64,000 nt of DNA. Source: Obrimoposthia wandeli (Eukaryota). A model generated the notes under the pieces. It did no database searches. It was not told the DNA's origin and saw only the letters and a list, made by a program, of their open reading frames with translations. Every line of letters begins with the position of its first letter. Positions within the stretch are counted from its first letter, which is position 1. The stretch covers positions 372,001 to 436,000 of the forward strand of contig CDROCS010002866.1 of NCBI GenBank assembly GCA_977020255.1, read 5' to 3'. The position numbers were made by a program, and so were the translations under genes. Below, in pieces: positions 58,246 through 64,000 of the stretch.

Positions 58246-59058
58246 CTAATCCCCTGCAAATTCAGGGCGCTGTTTAGCCACAAATGCATGATAAGCTCTT
58301 TCAAAATCAGCGGTTTGCATACAAATAGCTTGTGCTTGGGCTTCTGCTTCAATCGCCTGCTCAACACTCATATTCCATTCGTGATTGAGCTGCGTTTTAG
58401 TCATCATGTGAGCAAAATTCGGCCCTTGTGCAATGCGCTTTGCCATATCTCGTGCTTTTGCCGCTATTTCTTCAGCACCCACTATTTGACTATAAAACCC
58501 CCAACGCTCTCCCTCTTCACCAGACATACTGCGCCCTGTGTACAATAAATCAGCCGCGCGACTTTGCCCGATAATGCGTGGCAGTATTGCACAAGCGCCC
58601 ATATCACAGCCTGCAAGGCCTACACGAGTGAATAAAAAAGCTGTTTTTGAATCTGCAGTGGTGATACGCATATCACTGGCCATGGCTAAAATAGCCCCTG
58701 CCCCCACCGCAACCCCTTCTACGGCAGCGATAATAGGCTTGCCACAATTGAGCATTGCCTTGACTAAATCACCGGTCATGCGGGTAAATTTAAGTAATTC
58801 CTTCATTTCCATTGCCACTAGCGGCCCAATGATTTCATGTACATCGCCGCCTGAGCAAAAGTTACCACCATTGGCGCTAATGACCACAACATCAATATCA
58901 TCACTGTGGCTAAGCTCACGAAATAAGTCTCGCAGCTCTGCATAGCTTTCAAAGGTCAATGGGTTTTTACGCTCTGGTCGGTTCAGCGATAAAGTCGCTA
59001 TTCGCTCAGTGACTTGCCAGTTAAAATGTACTGCTTGATAGCGACTTAAATCTGTCAC
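58246..59058 (-). CDS. Enoyl-CoA hydratase family protein
   Basis: [25 protein letters not shown]. Confidence 0.92.
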   Translation of the reverse strand: MTDLSRYQAVHFNWQVTERIATLSLNRPERKNPLTFESYAELRDLFRELSHSDDIDVVVISANGGNFCSGGDVHEIIGPLVAMEMKELLKFTRMTGDLVKAMLNCGKPIIAAVEGVAVGAGAILAMASDMRITTADSKTAFLFTRVGLAGCDMGACAILPRIIGQSRAADLLYTGRSMSGEEGERWGFYSQIVGAEEIAAKARDMAKRIAQGPNFAHMMTKTQLNHEWNMSVEQAIEAEAQAQAICMQTADFERAYHAFVAKQRPEFAGD

Positions 59059-59060
59059 AC

Positions 59061-59516
59061 TTACTCTCCTTTCTCGCAGCCAATATGGTCTAATAACTCG
59101 ATCAATGTTGCTGCATCCTCAGCATTGGTATCGCTCATTAATTCATCTAACCACTGTGCATGTGCTGCTGCCATCTGTGAAAAATGTGTTTTTCCTTCAT
59201 CTGTCAGTTTCACCATCATCGCGCGCTTATCGCCGCCAACGGGAACACGTACCACTAGGCCATCTTTTACTTGACGGTCAATGATGCCGGTGACGTTACC
59301 ATTAGATACTTTTAGCACTGATGATAATTGGCTCATTTTTAACCCCTCAGGTACGCGATCTAAAGCGGCGAGCACATCAAACCTTGGTAGTGTTGAGCTA
59401 AATTCTCGACGAAACCTTTCGCGTAATTCTGCTTCTATGGTGCGAGTCACTTTTAATAAACGTAACCACACTCTTAACTTTTGTTTTTCTATGCTCACAT
59501 TTGCGTTCTCGCTCAT
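59061..59516 (-). CDS. MarR-family transcriptional regulator
   Basis: [26 protein letters not shown]...LTDEG. Confidence 0.92.
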   Translation of the reverse strand: MSENANVSIEKQKLRVWLRLLKVTRTIEAELRERFRREFSSTLPRFDVLAALDRVPEGLKMSQLSSVLKVSNGNVTGIIDRQVKDGLVVRVPVGGDKRAMMVKLTDEGKTHFSQMAAAHAQWLDELMSDTNAEDAATLIELLDHIGCEKGE

Positions 59517-60274
59517 GCTTCACCTCCGTTAATTGCAATCGATTGACCATTAATTGAAGCAGCACCTTTTGTACATAAATATACAGCACTGTCTGCCACT
59601 TCTTCTGGCTGAATAAAGCGTCCCATAGGGTTGTCTTTACTCAATACGGCTCTGGCTTGCTCTTCGCTCATCGATGTTTTTTGCATTATATTGTCTATGG
59701 ACCTTTCTAACATGGGCGTTTCAACAAAGCCCGGGCATAAGGCATTTACTGTTACCCCTTTTTTTGCAGTCTCTAAAGCCAGTGATTTCACGATACCCAC
59801 TACGCCATGTTTTGCCGCACAATAATCACCAACATAAGCATAGCCTTTTAATCCAGCACTTGATGCGATAGCAATTAACCGCCCCCAACCGCTATCCTGC
59901 ATTTGCGTTAAACACGCTTGGAAAAGATTAAAAGTACCGGTTAAGTTAACCGCTAATGATTGCTGCCATTGCCCGGCAGTTATTTTACTAAAAGGGGTAC
60001 TCTCTACCGCGCCTGCGTTGGCAATTGCGATATCTACTGGTCCGTGTTGCTCCCTTGCCAATAACAACATTTGTTCAACGCTTTCTCTGTCGGTGACATC
60101 ACAACAAAGCGCAATAGTATTAGGTAGCTGTGCAGCTAATGATTGTAAAGGCGCCAGTGTTCGACCCGTAATCGTCACTTTAGCACCTTGTGCTGCGAAA
60201 GCCTGTGCTATTGCACTACCTACACCGGTACCACCCCCTGTTATAACAACGTGCTTGTCATGCATTGCATTCAT
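59513..60274 (-). CDS. SDR family oxidoreductase (3-hydroxyacyl-CoA dehydrogenase-like)
   Basis: TGGGTGVG, NAG, YCAAKHG, CPGFVET. Confidence 0.92.
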   Translation of the reverse strand: MNAMHDKHVVITGGGTGVGSAIAQAFAAQGAKVTITGRTLAPLQSLAAQLPNTIALCCDVTDRESVEQMLLLAREQHGPVDIAIANAGAVESTPFSKITAGQWQQSLAVNLTGTFNLFQACLTQMQDSGWGRLIAIASSAGLKGYAYVGDYCAAKHGVVGIVKSLALETAKKGVTVNALCPGFVETPMLERSIDNIMQKTSMSEEQARAVLSKDNPMGRFIQPEEVADSAVYLCTKGAASINGQSIAINGGEA

Positions 60275-60557
60275 TTTTTGTACCTTGGCAACATTGAACC
60301 TAAATTCGGTAATTGACCATTTAAACTTTGGATCAAGTCGATATCATCTGATTGAGTTCACTCATTGAGTTTACATCACTAGCTTGCTAAATCGGGTCGT
60401 TATGATTTTTGTAAAGGGAACCACCATTTACTGCAAATCAAGCCTCGTTACAATGCGATTTTTCTGCGCTTAAAATGATATCCAACTGCCGGTTTTAGGT
60501 TGAACGGGTGTTATAGCGTTTTTAATGATTGATGTAGAGTGCTTTCGTCTTCGTTTA

Positions 60558-62861
60558 TTAAACTTTTAAAATTGATTCGTCACGCTCAGCTAATCTCGCC
60601 ATTTGGTCCCGCCCTGCATGGTAAGGTTTAGGCCAATGCATTGCTCTATCGCCAACTGAAATTGCCGCATGTAAAGTCCAATAAGGATCCGCTAAATGCG
60701 GCCTTGCAAGGCAGACTAAATCAGCGCGCCCAGCCATTAAAATAGAGTTAACGTGATCTGGCTGGTAAATATTACCTACCGCCATGGTCGCCATACCTGT
60801 TTCATTGCGGATTCTATCGGAGAAAGGCGTTTGATACATACGCCCATATACCGGTTGAGCGCGCTTAGAGGTTTGCCCTGATGAAACATCACAGATATCA
60901 ACATTTGCCAGCTGCAGCATCCGTGCAATTTCTACCGCATCTTGAGCCGTAGTGCCCCCTTCTACCCAATCGTGAGCAGAAATACGCACTGACATTGGCA
61001 TTTGTTCAGGCAGTGCTTCGCGCACCGCTTTAATAATTTGCAGTGGATAGCGCATCCTATTTTCAATAGAACCACCAAATTCATCATCACGTAAATTAGT
61101 TAATGGGCTGATGAATGATGACAATAAATAGCCATGTGCACAATGCAGTTCGATCATATCGAAACCAGCGGCGACTGCCATTTTCGCTGCGTTAACAAAT
61201 TGCGTTTCAATGACACGCATATCTTGTGCTGTCATGGCGGTTGGCGTTTGGTTTTGTGTCGACCAAGGCACAGCTGATGCGGCAATCAAAGGCCAATTTT
61301 CTTCACTTGAATGCTCATTTAAAGGCGCATCCATGGTTTCCCAGCCAAGCTGAGTAGAGCCTTTGCTACCAGCGTGACCTATTTGTGCACAAATTTTTGC
61401 TGGTGATTCACTATGTACAAAATCGGTAATACGACGCCATGCACTTTGATGTTCTGGTGTATAAAATCCAGGGCAACCCGGTGTTATGCGCCCTGTAGGG
61501 CTAATGCAGGTCATCTCTACAAAAACTAAACCCGCGCCACCTTTGGCAAGTGAGCCGTAATGCACTAAATGCCAATCGGTTGGGCAACCATCTACCGCTT
61601 TGTATTGTGCCATTGGCGATACAACAACGCGGTTTTGTAACGTTAAACCACGCAATTTATAAGGCGTGAACATCGGTGCGCGCACTGGAGAACCAGGCTT
61701 GCAATAACCGTCTTTTTCTCTAAACCATTGCTCGGCGCTTTCTAACCATTTGCCATCACGCAAACGTAAATTTTCGTGGCTAATACGCTGCGAGCGCGTT
61801 AATAGCGAGTAATTAAACTGCACGGGATCAAGATCAAGATAACGCTCTACATCTTCGAACCATTCCAGTGAATTTCGTGCAGCAGATTGCAGCTTTAATA
61901 CTTCTAAGCGACGCGCATCTTCGTACTTATCAAATGCAGCGGCCATTGTCTCTTCGCTATGCAGATATTCAGCCAGTGCAACAGCGCTTTCCATGGCCAG
62001 TTTAGTCCCTGACCCAATAGAGAAATGTGCAGTAGCTGCAGCATCACCCATTAGCACTACATTTTCATGTGACCATCTTTCGCACAGTACACGCGGAAAA
62101 TTAATCCATGCTGAGCCGCGAACATGATTCGCATTGGTGAGTAAACTTTCACCTTGTAAATGCTTGGCAAAGACTTTTTCACACACCGCGATTGACTCAG
62201 CTTGTGTCATTTCATCGAAACCATAATTGCGATGCGTTTCGCTACTGCACTCTACAATAAAAGTCGCATGCTCATCATCAAATTGGTAAGCGTGCGCCCA
62301 AAGCCAACCTTTGTCCGTTTTTTCAAAAATGAAGGTGAAAGCACCATCAAATTTTTGTTTAGTGCCATACCAAATAAACTTACAGTCACGTACATCTATA
62401 TCAGGTTTAAAAAACTCTTCATATTTAGTGCGTATTTTGGAGCGTAAACCATCGCTGGCGATCACTAAATCATATTCTTTTTGATAGCGTTCAATATCTA
62501 ATGCTTCGGTTTCAAAGCGTAAATCAACTCCCAATTCAGCTGCACGCTGGTGTAATAAAATGAGTAGCTGCTTGCGCCCTATTCCACAAAAACCATGCCC
62601 AGTTGATAAAGTACGAGTACCGCCATGAACCACGGCAATATCATCCCAATAAGCGAAGTGCTGGCGAATGGCAGCGGCGCTTACAGCATCATTTTCAGCA
62701 AAGTTATCCAAGGTTTCATCAGAAAACACTACACCCCAGCCAAAAGTATTATCGGGTTTATTGCGCTCTATCACTGTTATTTGATGGGATGGATCACGTA
62801 ATTTCATGCTGATCGCAAAATACAAACCGGCGGGGCCACCACCTAAACACGCTACTTTCAT
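60558..62861 (-). CDS. Bifunctional anthraniloyl-CoA monooxygenase/reductase (salicylyl-CoA 5-hydroxylase family)
   Basis: FAD monooxygenase half ([24 protein letters not shown]) fused to an OYE-type half ([14 protein letters not shown]); ATG 62861 (track 62882). Confidence 0.92.
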   Translation of the reverse strand: MKVACLGGGPAGLYFAISMKLRDPSHQITVIERNKPDNTFGWGVVFSDETLDNFAENDAVSAAAIRQHFAYWDDIAVVHGGTRTLSTGHGFCGIGRKQLLILLHQRAAELGVDLRFETEALDIERYQKEYDLVIASDGLRSKIRTKYEEFFKPDIDVRDCKFIWYGTKQKFDGAFTFIFEKTDKGWLWAHAYQFDDEHATFIVECSSETHRNYGFDEMTQAESIAVCEKVFAKHLQGESLLTNANHVRGSAWINFPRVLCERWSHENVVLMGDAAATAHFSIGSGTKLAMESAVALAEYLHSEETMAAAFDKYEDARRLEVLKLQSAARNSLEWFEDVERYLDLDPVQFNYSLLTRSQRISHENLRLRDGKWLESAEQWFREKDGYCKPGSPVRAPMFTPYKLRGLTLQNRVVVSPMAQYKAVDGCPTDWHLVHYGSLAKGGAGLVFVEMTCISPTGRITPGCPGFYTPEHQSAWRRITDFVHSESPAKICAQIGHAGSKGSTQLGWETMDAPLNEHSSEENWPLIAASAVPWSTQNQTPTAMTAQDMRVIETQFVNAAKMAVAAGFDMIELHCAHGYLLSSFISPLTNLRDDEFGGSIENRMRYPLQIIKAVREALPEQMPMSVRISAHDWVEGGTTAQDAVEIARMLQLANVDICDVSSGQTSKRAQPVYGRMYQTPFSDRIRNETGMATMAVGNIYQPDHVNSILMAGRADLVCLARPHLADPYWTLHAAISVGDRAMHWPKPYHAGRDQMARLAERDESILKV

Positions 62862-63155
62862 TATTTTAATCCCCTCATTCATTAACCCGTAGATAGAAAA
62901 CGGTCGCTGATAATTATTCTCTATTGTCTATTTTAAATTCTATTGTTTATTACATTTTCATATTTGAACTGCAGCATCTTTAAGAACCTTTACTTATAAC
63001 TAGCACTTAAAATTAATAGTTAATCTGCATGCTTATGCCTTAAACTTATCGCTAAAACTAGCAACCTTAATTGGAGTACTATCGCTTAAGTTTCATAATA
63101 ATAGCGGCGCTGTAATGCAACTTTAATTCAATATATTGCCTCGCTTTAAAATATA

Positions 63156-63168
63156 TTTCAAGCTTAAA
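63156..63168. promoter_or_regulatory. Candidate MarR operator in the divergent promoter
   Basis: TTTCAAGCTTAAA near-palindrome in AT-rich DNA. Confidence 0.25.
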
Positions 63169-63364
63169 GCTTTAAATATAAAATTTATTTTCTTATAGCA
63201 TAGAATTCCATTAGCGCTTGTGTCAGGATTAATACAATAAAGTTACATTTTTTGATTCTTATCTACACAAAGTTAGTTAAAACAGTTTATTGTCTATATG
63301 CTGACGTTTGTTAGTAGAAAAATCATATATTTAGTAACACCTTTTTTTACCTAGGAGAAACTCG

Positions 63365-64000
63365 ATGACCCCGGAACAAGCTAGATCAAAGCCTGCTAAT
63401 GTGCAGTGGGATGATATTTTTTTACTCGATGCACAACTTAATGACGAAGAGCGCATGGTAAGAGATGCAGCTAATGCATACTGCCAAGATAAGCTTGCCA
63501 CACGGGTTATTGAAGCGAATCGCAACGAAGTATTCCATCCGGAAATCATGACGGAACTTGGCGAACTTGGCATGTTAGGCCTAACACTTCCAGAAACATA
63601 CGGCTGTGCTGGCTTATCTTATGTCTCTTATGGGTTAGTGGCACGTGAAGTAGAGCGTGTTGATTCTGGTTATCGCTCTGCTATGAGTGTGCAATCATCT
63701 TTAGTAATGCATCCTATTTATGCTTATGGGACTGAAGAACAACGCCAAAAATATCTTCCTAAATTAGCGACTGGCGAAATGATTGGCTGCTTTGGTTTAA
63801 CAGAGCCTGATCACGGTTCAGACCCTTCAGGTATGCTCACTAAAGCTAAGAAAGTAGACGGCGGTTATCTTATAAGTGGCGCTAAAAACTGGATCACTAA
63901 CTCTCCTATTGCCGATGTATTCATTGTGTGGGCAAAATCAGATGAACATGACAACAAAATCAAAGGCTTCATTCTAGAAAAAGGTATGAAAGGATTAGTA
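63365..64000 (+). CDS. gcdH: Glutaryl-CoA dehydrogenase, 3' end runs off the window
   Basis: Manual translation after AGGAG: [34 protein letters not shown]...[18 protein letters not shown]...[14 protein letters not shown]...[10 protein letters not shown]. Confidence 0.9.
   Translation, partial: MTPEQARSKPANVQWDDIFLLDAQLNDEERMVRDAANAYCQDKLATRVIEANRNEVFHPEIMTELGELGMLGLTLPETYGCAGLSYVSYGLVAREVERVDSGYRSAMSVQSSLVMHPIYAYGTEEQRQKYLPKLATGEMIGCFGLTEPDHGSDPSGMLTKAKKVDGGYLISGAKNWITNSPIADVFIVWAKSDEHDNKIKGFILEKGMKGLV

Noticed and set aside
63331-63573. 80-aa minus-strand ORF at the right end
   Set aside because: Antisense to the real plus-strand gcdH, which the track omits because it lacks a stop in the window.

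Overview
A 64-kb chromosomal window from an AT-rich (roughly 40% GC, judged by eye) Gammaproteobacterium. The ruvAB-ybgC-tolQRAB-pal-cpoB gene order and the leuA type suggest a marine Oceanospirillales/Pseudomonadales-like organism; this is inference. Most of it is core or metabolic: selO-msrAB, tol-pal, ruvAB, thiBPQ, hemN, trxC, class I fumarase, nudC, leuA, pheA and a kynU/anthraniloyl-CoA catabolic cluster with a partial gcdH. The most unusual stretch is 24.6-29.1 kb. It is a co-oriented array of small, mostly AT-rich genes and gene stubs separated by a 30-bp repeat that I cannot name. Three of the four repeat copies are interrupted at the same GACA position, by an IS1182 element or by one of two identical 151-bp MITEs. 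Decayed attC-like arms are interleaved, and no integrase is present in the window. Other leads: a CHASE-PAS-GGDEF-EAL gene with a Fur-like box next to an orphan Fe3+-binding protein; a two-ATP-grasp plus MFS operon; a structured GC-richer intergenic element at 50.4-50.6 kb; a 504-bp duplication bracketing a MASE1-GGDEF-EAL gene; and IS4-like MITEs whose ends supply start codons to host genes. No rRNA, tRNA or CRISPR array was found. All alignments and counts were made by eye, and no database search was run.
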